The notes beneath the pieces are model-generated. The model worked only from the letters and a program-made list of their open reading frames with translations. It ran no database searches and had not been told where the DNA came from. The position numbers and the translations under genes are program-made. Shown here piece by piece: positions 46,989 through 56,321 of a stretch of DNA of 64,000 bases (the stretch's first letter is position 1; the number at the start of each line of letters is the position of its first letter). The DNA is from Candidatus Pacearchaeota archaeon (GTDB lineage Archaea; Nanobdellota; Nanobdellia; Pacearchaeales; GW2011-AR1): the NCBI GenBank assembly GCA_018303825.1, contig JAGVXK010000007.1, positions 823-64,822 of the forward strand. Direction: 5' to 3'.

Positions 46989-47309
46989 ATGGGTTTGTTT
47001 CCGGGCAGAGTCAATCATTACACTTCAATTGATGAGCAAAATAAAAGAGAACAGGCAGCAAGATTATTTTTTTCTTCAGGCGATATGTATCAAGAACAGG
47101 CAAAGGCAGCTCTGAAGTTAAAGGCTAAAGATGCAAGGGTTTATCTTACTCACGTTGAACAGGCGGAAAAGCTGCTTGCCAATGGAAAATTTAATAATTT
47201 TGTGGATTCCTGCTCTTTATATGATGATAATACTGTGAACCATAAGGCTATGCTGGGCATCTGGTTTGACAGGCGTGCCATGCAGAATCAAAGAACTGCA
47301 GTTAGATAA
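46989..47309 (+). CDS. Hypothetical protein
   Basis: 106-aa ORF in the same GC-richer segment. Confidence 0.35.
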   Translation: MGLFPGRVNHYTSIDEQNKREQAARLFFSSGDMYQEQAKAALKLKAKDARVYLTHVEQAEKLLANGKFNNFVDSCSLYDDNTVNHKAMLGIWFDRRAMQNQRTAVR

Positions 47310-47318
47310 ATTTTTATA

Positions 47319-48203
47319 TTGATTTTTTCTTTCAATGTAATGAAGATTCTTGTTATTGGAGACTTTCATGGGAAACTACATAAGAAGATTAAGAAACTAA
47401 TCAAGAAGGAAAAGCCAGAGGTGATATTATCAATAGGAGATTACCTGCCCTTTCATTATAGAAAGTTGTGGTTTAAGCATTCTTTTGGAACAGATATAGA
47501 ACTTTGGCAGGTTATTGGAAAAAAGAGATATAAGAAGATTATTTTAAGGGATTTGGATGAAGGGGAGAAAGTGCTGAAGGAACTAAACAAGTTCAACATC
47601 CCGGTTTTCACTGTTCTTGGAAATGTAGATTATCCAGATTCTAGTGATGTAATGGATGAAGAACTGCCTAAGAATTTTTGGAAATGGGAATATTCGAGGA
47701 AGGCCCAGTTCGCCAACAGATTGAGGAAGTACAAGAACATAAGAAGAATTGACTACACTTTTGCTAAATTCAGGGATTTTGTCTTTATTGGAGCAAGAGG
47801 GCATAGTTTTCCAGGAAGACCAGGAAGCAAAGCATTCAAAAAGCACAAGAAGATACTGGAAAAATTGTTCAAAAAGTTCAAAAAGGAAAACAAAAGTAAG
47901 AAAGTTATATTTATCTCACATAATGTACCTTTCAGAACAAAATTGGACATTATTACTGACAGGAAAGCAAACAAATTAGTAAGAAGCAAACATGCAGGCT
48001 CTAAACTTATAAGGAAAATCATTGATAAGTATCATCCTATCTTGCATTTAGCAGGGCATGTCCATGAGGGAAGGGGTTTTCAGAAATTAGGAAGAACATT
48101 ATGCATAAATTGCGGTGATGCCTGCAAGGGACAGTATGCTTTAATTGATATTAAAGAAGGGGACAGTGGAAAGATGCACGTTAGATTGAAGATGGGGAAA
48201 TAA
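47319..48203 (+). CDS. Calcineurin-like metallophosphoesterase
   Basis: ILVIGDFHG, GDY, ISHNVPF, GHVHEG motifs; likely start at MKIL (47338). Confidence 0.7.
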   Translation: MIFSFNVMKILVIGDFHGKLHKKIKKLIKKEKPEVILSIGDYLPFHYRKLWFKHSFGTDIELWQVIGKKRYKKIILRDLDEGEKVLKELNKFNIPVFTVLGNVDYPDSSDVMDEELPKNFWKWEYSRKAQFANRLRKYKNIRRIDYTFAKFRDFVFIGARGHSFPGRPGSKAFKKHKKILEKLFKKFKKENKSKKVIFISHNVPFRTKLDIITDRKANKLVRSKHAGSKLIRKIIDKYHPILHLAGHVHEGRGFQKLGRTLCINCGDACKGQYALIDIKEGDSGKMHVRLKMGK

Positions 48204-48227
48204 GTTTAAATAATTGTTTTAACCTGT

Positions 48228-49079
48228 TTGAGTATGAAAAAGGAGAGTTTTGGGATAGTTCAAATAGTACTTGCTGAATTTTTTATTGCTGTTGTGTATA
48301 TTATGGCAAGGGTCGGAAGAGATTTTGGGAATTATAACCTTGCTTTTTTCAGAATATTTTTAGCCGCATTTTTTGTTGGTTTGTTGTTTTTTGTTTCAAG
48401 GAAGTATCATCTTGCGCCGTTGAGATATCAGATAGGCAAGCTGATTTTCTTTGGTGCAATTCATGGTTTCATAATCATTGCAGCATTCATTTCTTTGAAT
48501 ACTATCTCAATTGCTTCTTCTGTTTTGTTGCAATCAACAATAGCATTGTTTACTGCCATTTTTTCAATTTTTTTGCTTAAGGAAAGGCTGACAATTAGGG
48601 TTTTAATCGCAATAGTTATTTCTTTTGTTGGAATGTTCTTTTTATTCACTCCCCAAACTTTTTTTCTCAGAGAAAATATGATAGGTGGTGCTACCGGATT
48701 ATTTGTTGGTGTTTTTGGCGGTTTGGTTTATGCAATGTCCAAGACTTTTAAGAAATACGACAAAATATCTTTAACATTCTGGCAAAATTTAATTGCATTA
48801 CCCTTTATCTTACCTTTATTGTTTTTAGAGCCGATAGTATTTAGCCTGAATAATTCAGTTTTGGTAGTTTTTATGGGGGTTTTTGCAGCATTATCTTTTA
48901 TATTTTTATATAAAGGATTGGGCAAGGTAAAGGGAACTAAAGCATCTGTTTTGACTTTATTATATGCAGTATTCTCAATATTGATTGCTGCCGTTTTATT
49001 TAAGGAATTGCCAATGTTGAAAGAAGTTATCGGAGGAGTTTTGATTCTTTTTGCAGCATATCTTTCAACTTCTCAATAA
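48228..49079 (+). CDS. EamA/DMT-family transporter
   Basis: 10 predicted TM helices, duplicated EamA-like halves. Confidence 0.55.
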   Translation: MSMKKESFGIVQIVLAEFFIAVVYIMARVGRDFGNYNLAFFRIFLAAFFVGLLFFVSRKYHLAPLRYQIGKLIFFGAIHGFIIIAAFISLNTISIASSVLLQSTIALFTAIFSIFLLKERLTIRVLIAIVISFVGMFFLFTPQTFFLRENMIGGATGLFVGVFGGLVYAMSKTFKKYDKISLTFWQNLIALPFILPLLFLEPIVFSLNNSVLVVFMGVFAALSFIFLYKGLGKVKGTKASVLTLLYAVFSILIAAVLFKELPMLKEVIGGVLILFAAYLSTSQ

Positions 49080-49100
49080 CTTTATAAATATCATAGGATA

Positions 49101-49346
49101 ATGCTTGTTATGGATGAAAAGGAAAGGGAGAAGATAAGGCTTGAGGCAAAGGAAATTCTTGAGAAATTTGCAAAGACCCTTGAAAATGTCAAATTAAAGG
49201 AAAAAAAGGCAAAGAAAGAAGTTGGAGGATTTAGAGAAGAAGGGCAAGGAGAACATGGAGATAAAGATTTCAGAAAGAGGATGTTTGCAAATGCTCCTAA
49301 TAAGAATGAAGACAATATAATTGCGGAGAAAAAGAGCTGGAATTAA
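49101..49346 (+). CDS. gatC: Probable Asp/Glu-tRNA amidotransferase subunit C
   Basis: C-terminal FREE...FANAPNKNEDNIIAEK parallels the GatC motif (REDE....NAP...DG...VP); 81 aa. Confidence 0.45.
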   Translation: MLVMDEKEREKIRLEAKEILEKFAKTLENVKLKEKKAKKEVGGFREEGQGEHGDKDFRKRMFANAPNKNEDNIIAEKKSWN

Positions 49347-49663
49347 GCTTCAATTTTAGCTAGTTTATGATTATCCAATGCTCTTGCAATTAATACACTT
49401 TCTAATTCCAATAGTTTTGCCACTATCGGATTTTTTGCATTTAATGTGTAGAGCTTTGTATTTCCGAACTTTCTTGTTACAACAGCAATTCCTTGTTTTT
49501 CTATTTGTTCCCAATGGTTGAATAATGATGCTCTTGAAATTCCTGCTCCTTCAATTATCTCTTTTTTGCTCATATCAAGTCCTTTATTTTCTATCAGAAA
49601 ATCTACAATTTTGAAGATAGGATTTTCTCCTAAAAATTTTGTTATTAATGATTTTTCTTGCAT
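49343..49663 (-). CDS. Winged-helix transcriptional regulator
   Basis: MSKKEIIEGAGISRASLFNHWEQIEKQGIAV HTH. Confidence 0.5.
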   Translation of the reverse strand: MQEKSLITKFLGENPIFKIVDFLIENKGLDMSKKEIIEGAGISRASLFNHWEQIEKQGIAVVTRKFGNTKLYTLNAKNPIVAKLLELESVLIARALDNHKLAKIEA

Positions 49664-49722
49664 AAATAGTATTAAATAGAAAAGTATATAAACTTAACTG
49701 TTTAAAGTATATCTAAATAGAC

Positions 49723-50013
49723 TTGTTAAATAGTCATGAATGTAAAATGTGGAGTGATGAAGAAATAAAAGGGAAAATTCTGCACAAGCTGACTCGTTTG
49801 GGGAAATTTAGCCATAGCCACACATCTTTTGATAATCTACAGAAAGGATTCCCAATGGAAATCAGAGGAAGGGTTAAAGAGATGGCAAAAGAATTGAAGA
49901 AAGGGGGAATTTTATTCAGCAAGCCAACAAGTTATGGAGAAGAGGTTTCAATTAATCCAGAGCGAAAAGATAAAATTATGTTTTATATTAATAAGTTTTT
50001 GAGCATGGAATAA
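49723..50013 (+). CDS. Hypothetical protein
   Basis: 96-aa ORF. Confidence 0.3.
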   Translation: MLNSHECKMWSDEEIKGKILHKLTRLGKFSHSHTSFDNLQKGFPMEIRGRVKEMAKELKKGGILFSKPTSYGEEVSINPERKDKIMFYINKFLSME

Positions 50014-50230
50014 ATGAAGTAGATTAGTTAGTATCTCCGAATGAGATTTAGTCACTAATTAATGGAAAGATATATTTGACAAAAAATTCATATATTCTAA
50101 CGATTTTTATTATCATTATTATCTTAGCAAGAACCTTTTAACTTCTATTTATTTCCCGTTAATCATAATTTCCGGTCTATCGGAGATTCAATATCAAAAC
50201 GCTTATAAACTGAGATTATTTTTTGGTTTT

Positions 50231-50761
50231 ATGATAAAGTCAAAGAAAAAAGAAGTCAAGAAAGTAAAAAAAGCGAAGAAGGCAGAGACAAAAGAAGAGA
50301 AAGACGAGCATGCTGGAGGGATTAGTTTAGATGATGCCTTTGCTGATTCCGATGATGTTGAATATGGGAAGTCGAAGTCAAGAAAGGAGAAGCAAAAGAA
50401 GGCAAGCGATGAAGAGATAGAGGAGGAATTGGAAGAAGCTGAAAAGGAGATAGAGGAAATTGCTAGGGCGGAAAGCGGAAACGCTGTCCAAAAGGAGATT
50501 AGCATAAAGGCAAGCAAGCCAATTGCAAAAGTAAAGAAAGGTGACAAAATAAGGGTTGATGGGAAAGAATATGAGGTTGACCAGCATTATGTTCTTATAG
50601 ATCATGGGATGACAAAAGAGATGGCGATTGAATTATTTGACAAGAACGATAAAGACTATCAATTGAGATATTTTTCTGATCAGGTTGAAACGACAATGGA
50701 ATTCTATGAATTGCAGGAAATTCTCTTTGTAAAAAAGGTAGTGGGCAAGGTTGAGTGGTAA
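50231..50761 (+). CDS. Hypothetical protein with Lys/Glu-rich N-terminus
   Basis: 176-aa ORF. Confidence 0.35.
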   Translation: MIKSKKKEVKKVKKAKKAETKEEKDEHAGGISLDDAFADSDDVEYGKSKSRKEKQKKASDEEIEEELEEAEKEIEEIARAESGNAVQKEISIKASKPIAKVKKGDKIRVDGKEYEVDQHYVLIDHGMTKEMAIELFDKNDKDYQLRYFSDQVETTMEFYELQEILFVKKVVGKVEW

Positions 50762-50948
50762 GAACCAAAGTTCTTACAATTTCCTATACAAATCCTGTAA
50801 AAGTAAAAAAGAAAAGCAAGGTCTTACAATCTATAAGGATAAAACTCTAAATAGGGAAGAACTAATATTCTCTTTGGAAGAGAAGAATTTAAAGATAATT
50901 ATGGGTGGTCCATATAATGGTGTAAAGATTTAAAATCTTATTCTTATA

Positions 50949-51137
50949 ATGTATTTTGTGAAAGCGGTTGCTAAATGCCCGATATGTAAAAGAGAGCTGA
51001 CAACTGATTGCAAAGGTTGTATTGACTTAAATGAAGCACCCCATATGTGCAATGGAAGGGCTAGAACTGTAAAGGTGCAATGGTATATAATTGATTCAAG
51101 AGAAAAAGGAGATAAGTGGGGAAGTTATGAATATTAA
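50949..51137 (+). CDS. Small zinc-ribbon protein
   Basis: CPICK...CKGC...HMCNG cysteine pairs. Confidence 0.35.
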   Translation: MYFVKAVAKCPICKRELTTDCKGCIDLNEAPHMCNGRARTVKVQWYIIDSREKGDKWGSYEY

Positions 51138-51230
51138 ATTCTGGACAGAATAGATAGTCCATAAAATACAGAATAGATAGGTTTATAAATATGTATAAAT
51201 AATTATACAGATGTATAAAATAAAGGATAA

Positions 51231-51779
51231 TTGTATAATAAAATGAACAGTTTAAACTTTGAAGATGGTAAAGCTGGAAGAGTTTTGAAATTGATTTTCG
51301 AAAAGCCGACTTATAAGTTTCATATAAGAGAGATGGCCAGATTAACAAAATTAAATCCGAATACCGTAATAGACACAATAAAAAAGCTGTCTAAGGAGGG
51401 ATTAATAAAAACTAAAAAGAAAAAACACATTGTCGAGCTATTTGCTAATGTGGAAGGCAAAGAGTTTAGCCAGAAGAAAAGAATTTTTAATGTAAACGAG
51501 ATTTATAACTCTGGAATTGTTGACTTCATTATTGAAAAATTAAAGCCCGAGCTCATCTCAGTTATTGGGAGTTATTCTAGGGGAGAGGATATTGAGAGAA
51601 GCGATATAGACATAGTAGTTGTGTCAAAAGAAAGGAATAGGGCAGATTTAACTAACTTTGAGAAATTGTTAGATAGGAAGATTCATCTTTTAGTCATAGA
51701 TTATGAAAAGATATCTAATGAGTTCTACACAAATCTTATTAATGGCATTGTTTTGTATGGCTTTGTGAGGAAAAGATGA
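51231..51779 (+). CDS. wHTH-nucleotidyltransferase (MNT) fusion, antitoxin-like
   Basis: N-terminal wHTH (HIREMARLTKLNPNTVIDTIKKLSKEGLI) and GSYSRGEDIERSDIDIVVV NTase motif. Confidence 0.65.
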   Translation: MYNKMNSLNFEDGKAGRVLKLIFEKPTYKFHIREMARLTKLNPNTVIDTIKKLSKEGLIKTKKKKHIVELFANVEGKEFSQKKRIFNVNEIYNSGIVDFIIEKLKPELISVIGSYSRGEDIERSDIDIVVVSKERNRADLTNFEKLLDRKIHLLVIDYEKISNEFYTNLINGIVLYGFVRKR

Positions 51780-52201
51780 AAGATTTTGAGTATTTTGTTA
51801 AAATTGGTGACGTAAAGAAAAGCTCTGTCAACAAGGATTTGGCTGTTTTCTTAATTAAAGATATGCAGTCCAGGATAAGAGATGCCTTTAAAATGTCCTC
51901 CAACGAATTTCCGAAAATCGTTTTTGAGAATATTTATGATGCCCTGAGAGATTTCTGTGATGCTTTGTTAGCATTAGAAGGCTATAAATCTTATTCGCAC
52001 GAGGCCTCTATTTCTTATTTGATTAAAAAAGGATTTGATATTTCTTTCGTTATGCAATTAGATAACTTTAGATATAAACGAAATGGTTCAAAGTATTATG
52101 GCGAGGTTATTAACCATGCAGAGGCAGAAGAAATAAGGTCTTTTTATCAAACAAATAAAGGGAGAATATATAAATTATTAGAAGAGGAGGGTTTAATATG
52201 A
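51776..52201 (+). CDS. HEPN-domain protein, toxin-like partner of MNT
   Basis: All-helical 141 aa, overlaps the MNT gene by 4 nt; HEPN-like R...H region near the C-terminus. Confidence 0.55.
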   Translation: MKDFEYFVKIGDVKKSSVNKDLAVFLIKDMQSRIRDAFKMSSNEFPKIVFENIYDALRDFCDALLALEGYKSYSHEASISYLIKKGFDISFVMQLDNFRYKRNGSKYYGEVINHAEAEEIRSFYQTNKGRIYKLLEEEGLI

Positions 52202-53529
52202 GCGGATTAGCAGAGAAGAAAACAAAAGAATATCTTGATAAAATAAACAAAGTCAACAAGGAATTGAATATTTTCTTGCATATAAATGAAAACGCTCTTC
52301 TTGAAGCGAGGAAGGTAGATGAAAAAGTTGCAAGAACAGGAAAGAAAGGTAGATTATATGGAAAAGTAATTGCAGTTAAATCAGCTATTAATGTTCTCGG
52401 ACTGATAGCAAATTGTGCTTCTCTTGTTTTGGAAAATTATGTCTCTACGTTTGATGCAACTGTTATTAAAAAGATAAAAGAAGGGGATGGAGTTATAATT
52501 GGAATGACTAACTGTGATGAGTTTTGTGCTGGAGGAAGCGGGGAAAATTCTGTTTTTGGTTGTGCTGTTAATCCTTCCTGTCCTGGAAGAATTCCGGGAG
52601 GGAGCAGTTCAGGAAGTGCTGCTGCAGTGGCAGCAGGATTGTGTGATATGGCTCTTGGTTCGGATACTGGAGGAAGCATTAGAAATCCAAGTTCTAATTG
52701 CGGAGTTGTAGGAGTAAAGCCAAGTTATGGTCTGGTTTCAAGATATGGATTGATTGACTTGTCTATGAGTTTAGACCAGATAGGTCCAATTGCTGGAAAT
52801 GTGGAAGATGCTGCTTTGCTTTTAGATGTAATAAAAGGAAAGGATGAAAGAGATACAAAGACTTTTGCAGGAAAGGAAATAAGGTTGGAAAATCTAAAAG
52901 ACAAGAAAGTCAAGATAGGGGTTTTGAAGATAAAAGGCGTTGATAAGAGAATTCAAACTCTGATAGACAAAAAGGTTGCAGAGGTTGTTAAAAGATACAA
53001 GTGGAAAATGGAAGAGGTTTCAATAAAACACATTGACCTTGCTGTGCAAACATATTATCCTCTTGTTTATGTGGAATTCTTTTCTGCAACAAGAAGATTT
53101 GATGGAAGAAGGTATGGATATAAGATAGAGGAAAAATGCGGAGAGGAAGTTTTAAGAAGAATTCTTGGGGGAAGTGAGATAACAAAGGCGGAATTTGAAG
53201 GGAGATATTATAACAAGGCTTTGGAAGTCAAGGAAATAATAAAAGAAGAGCTTGAAAAAGCATTCGAAGAGTATGATTGTATCATAAGTCCGGTTGTTCC
53301 AAGCTTGCCTTGGAAAGTCGGCGAGGGAGATAAGATGAAACCTGAGGAAATGTATGCCTTTGATGCCTTAACAATCCCTGCTAATCTTGCTGAAATATGC
53401 GCTATTTCAATTCCAGCTGGAAAGGTAAAAGAAGAAAAAGAAGGAATTCCTATAGGGCTGCAGATAATGGCAGGAAAGAATGAAGAAAGCATGATGCTTA
53501 GTATTGCGAGAGAAATTGAGAAAATTTAA
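52198..53529 (+). CDS. gatA: Glutamyl-tRNA(Gln) amidotransferase subunit A (amidase)
   Basis: Amidase signature GGSSSGSAAAVAAGLCDMALGSDTGGSIRNPS. Confidence 0.8.
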   Translation: MSGLAEKKTKEYLDKINKVNKELNIFLHINENALLEARKVDEKVARTGKKGRLYGKVIAVKSAINVLGLIANCASLVLENYVSTFDATVIKKIKEGDGVIIGMTNCDEFCAGGSGENSVFGCAVNPSCPGRIPGGSSSGSAAAVAAGLCDMALGSDTGGSIRNPSSNCGVVGVKPSYGLVSRYGLIDLSMSLDQIGPIAGNVEDAALLLDVIKGKDERDTKTFAGKEIRLENLKDKKVKIGVLKIKGVDKRIQTLIDKKVAEVVKRYKWKMEEVSIKHIDLAVQTYYPLVYVEFFSATRRFDGRRYGYKIEEKCGEEVLRRILGGSEITKAEFEGRYYNKALEVKEIIKEELEKAFEEYDCIISPVVPSLPWKVGEGDKMKPEEMYAFDALTIPANLAEICAISIPAGKVKEEKEGIPIGLQIMAGKNEESMMLSIAREIEKI

Positions 53530-53820
53530 TGTTAATATAATTAATAGGGAGATTGATAATGGATAATAGGAAAGATAAAATAATTGACGAAGATACTAAT
53601 GGGCAATCAATTTGGAGCAAAGGAGATTATAAAAACCCTTAAATGTAAATTCTCGGGATTTTCAGGAAAGAATAAAATATTTCGAAGAAAAAAATGATGA
53701 TAAAAAAGAATTTAATTGCAAGAAATGCAATAAATCCATAGGAAAGCATAACTTATATTGGTATGATGGGATGTGCAATGATTGTTTTTTTGATACTTAC
53801 AATATGTAAAAATTATTTAA

Positions 53821-54030
53821 TTATTTCTTTTCTTCTTGCTTTAAGTCTAATTTGACTCCAAGTTCTTCAAGGGCTTTTACATGTGCTGCTATCAATGATT
53901 CTGTAACTGTAACTATTCTGATAAGCTCATTTCTTTCCGCTGTAAGCGTGTTAATAGCACCTTTATGATATCCTATCTGCTCTTCTCTTGACATGTTTGT
54001 TTGATTTGCTTGTTCTTTTTTGGCCGCCAT
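53821..54030 (-). CDS. Small hypothetical protein
   Basis: 69-aa helical ORF. Confidence 0.3.
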   Translation of the reverse strand: MAAKKEQANQTNMSREEQIGYHKGAINTLTAERNELIRIVTVTESLIAAHVKALEELGVKLDLKQEEKK

Positions 54031-54184
54031 ATCTCCTACTGGAAGTTGAGGTATTTAAATTTATATGAATTTATCGATACTTATTAATTATCAGTAATGA
54101 TAAATTTACTATTCTCTATTTGATGTATTTTTTAGGTTCTGTTAAATTAAAAGGTGATAAAACCCAAAATACCGACTACAAACT

Positions 54185-54254
54185 ATGAAAGTTCGCTTAA
54201 ATTAATATCATAAAGTACCGATGATAAAATTGGTCATCACTCGTTGGCTTAACA
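54185..54254 (+). repeat. Conserved ~70-nt intergenic element, copy 2
   Basis: atgaaagttcgcttaaattaatatcataaagtaccgatgataaaattggtcatcactcgttggcttaacaa; see copy 1 at 1878..1948. Confidence 0.6.
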
Positions 54255-54333
54255 AAACCATTTTTTATCTTCATTCAACACCGTATTAATTAGAGTATAA
54301 GAGAGCTATCATCATTAAGTTTATAACTTCTCT

Positions 54334-55053
54334 TTGTTTTTCATAAAAAAGAAAAGGTGCATAAATGAAATGGAAATAGGAAACATAAAAATTGACTTTT
54401 TAGGACATTCTGGATTTTTAGTTACAATAGTTAATGGAGTAAATAAAAAGATATTTATTGATCCTTACAATTTAAGCGAGAATGCTGTGAAAGAAAAAGC
54501 AGATATCATACTTATTACACATAGTCATTATGATCATTGCTCTATAAAGGATATTGAAAGGATTAAGAAGGAAAAAACGAAAATAATCTGCCCTGCAGAT
54601 GTGCAAAGCAAGATAACCAGAATAGAAAATGTGGATATGCAGGTGATGGAGCAAGGGGGTGAGATAGAGTTTGGGAACATTAGAATACAAGCGATGCCTG
54701 CTTATAATATAAATAAAGATTTTCATACTAAAAAAGACCACTTTCTTGGTTATTTAATAAAGATTAGTGAAATAATCCTTTATCATAGCGGAGATAGTGA
54801 TAAAATTCCAGAAATGGAAAAATTAACAGGATATAGCAAACAGGGAAATAAATTGATTGTAATGCTTCCTGTTTCGGGGATATATGTCATGGATGCAAAC
54901 GAGGCTGCTGAAACTGCTAAAATGATTGGCGCAGATACTGCAATACCTATGCACTATGGCGCAGGTGTAGCCGGAACAATAGAAGATGCGAAGAAATTTG
55001 TTGAAGTCTGCCAGCAGTTAGGGATTAAGGCAGTAATTTTGGAGAAAATCTAG
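54334..55053 (+). CDS. MBL-fold metallo-hydrolase
   Basis: ILITHSHYDH (HxHxDH) motif; probable start at internal MEIGN (~54369). Confidence 0.7.
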   Translation: MFFIKKKRCINEMEIGNIKIDFLGHSGFLVTIVNGVNKKIFIDPYNLSENAVKEKADIILITHSHYDHCSIKDIERIKKEKTKIICPADVQSKITRIENVDMQVMEQGGEIEFGNIRIQAMPAYNINKDFHTKKDHFLGYLIKISEIILYHSGDSDKIPEMEKLTGYSKQGNKLIVMLPVSGIYVMDANEAAETAKMIGADTAIPMHYGAGVAGTIEDAKKFVEVCQQLGIKAVILEKI

Positions 55054-55054
55054 A

Positions 55055-56113
55055 ATGATTAAAGAAAAAGGGGTGAAGCTAGTCAAGCCAAAATGGAAAG
55101 CGGGAAAAGAAAGAGCATTTATGAAATTTATCTCAAACATTGGAACGGCGAGGAGTATTCTATTAAGTCATGTCCAGGATCTTGATGGAGTTGTCTCGGC
55201 GAAAGCTGTAATGGAAGGGATTCATCCAAATACATTAAAATTTGTCGATTATGTTGATTTAGATATGCAATTTATAGAGAAATTGAGAAAAGAAAAATAT
55301 GGGAAAATAATTCTTAGTGATTTGTATATAAAAAACAGGGAATTAATAAGGGAAATGGAAAAGTTTGCAGATATTTTGATAATAGACCATCATCCTGTGC
55401 AGGATGATTACAATTCAAAGAGAACAGTTTTTATGAATGCTGATGGATACAGCGCTGCTTATCTTTGCTATTACTTATTCTCAAAAATACGTGATTTGAA
55501 ACAACTAGAGTGGCTTGTTTTATCTGCTAGTATAAGCGATTTTTGCTATACAAAGGGAAAAAAATGGATTTCTTCTACATATACTAAATATGGGGATAAT
55601 TTTCAATTAGATAGGGGGTTTGCTAGGCAGCAAGGTATTATCTGGGACCTTGTGATGGATTTAAGCCTGGCTATTTCCTATTTCAAGCCAAAAACAGAAA
55701 GAGTCTATTCTTCTATAGGGAGAAACTTCGGAGACATAGGCGATTTAAAGAAGTTCTCAGATGCTGTAAGAAATGAGATAAATGTGACTATGCAAAAGTT
55801 TGAGAGAGAGAAAATACCTTTTAAAGAAGGTTATTTCTTTTATTTTGAATGCATTTTTCCAATAAGATCATATTTGAGCACAGAAATATCGTTAAAGATG
55901 AAGGATAAACTGATAATAATTGCGGAGAAAAAAGGCGATTATGTCACTTTAAGTGCAAGAAGGCAAGATGGGAAGGTTAATCTAAATAATCTTATTCCTA
56001 AGCTGATTAAAGGTTTTGAAAACTCCGGAGCGGGGGGCCATAAAGCTTCTGTTGGAGGTAATTTTCCTGCTAAATATCTTGATGAATTTAGAAAAAGGCT
56101 GAAAAATCTTTAA
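55055..56113 (+). CDS. DHH/DHHA1 phosphoesterase (second copy; RecJ/NrnA-like)
   Basis: DLDGVVS, LIIDHHP, C-terminal GAGGHKASVGG. Confidence 0.65.
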   Translation: MIKEKGVKLVKPKWKAGKERAFMKFISNIGTARSILLSHVQDLDGVVSAKAVMEGIHPNTLKFVDYVDLDMQFIEKLRKEKYGKIILSDLYIKNRELIREMEKFADILIIDHHPVQDDYNSKRTVFMNADGYSAAYLCYYLFSKIRDLKQLEWLVLSASISDFCYTKGKKWISSTYTKYGDNFQLDRGFARQQGIIWDLVMDLSLAISYFKPKTERVYSSIGRNFGDIGDLKKFSDAVRNEINVTMQKFEREKIPFKEGYFFYFECIFPIRSYLSTEISLKMKDKLIIIAEKKGDYVTLSARRQDGKVNLNNLIPKLIKGFENSGAGGHKASVGGNFPAKYLDEFRKRLKNL

Positions 56114-56321
56114 TTGAAAGCTAAAATATACTTTGTAATATATATGATATGAAAGATATTTCTTAATAGATATATTGTAGTATATAGGTTTGAGCATTTT
56201 GGGCTATATTCAGGGGCATAAATAAATATTTAAACTGGTTTCGACAATGAATTCTAAGCAAATTCCGTTTTGGATATGCAATTAAATGTAAAAATTGAAA
56301 GGAGGTTAAAAAAAGAGAAAT

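Noticed and set aside
53560-53815. Possible tiny genes in the gatA-downstream spacer (27-aa MDNRKDKIIDEDTNGQSIWSKGDYKNP and a CxxC...CxxC peptide)
   Set aside because: They are too short, without a clear start codon for the Cys-rich frame, and I could not verify the frame confidently by hand.
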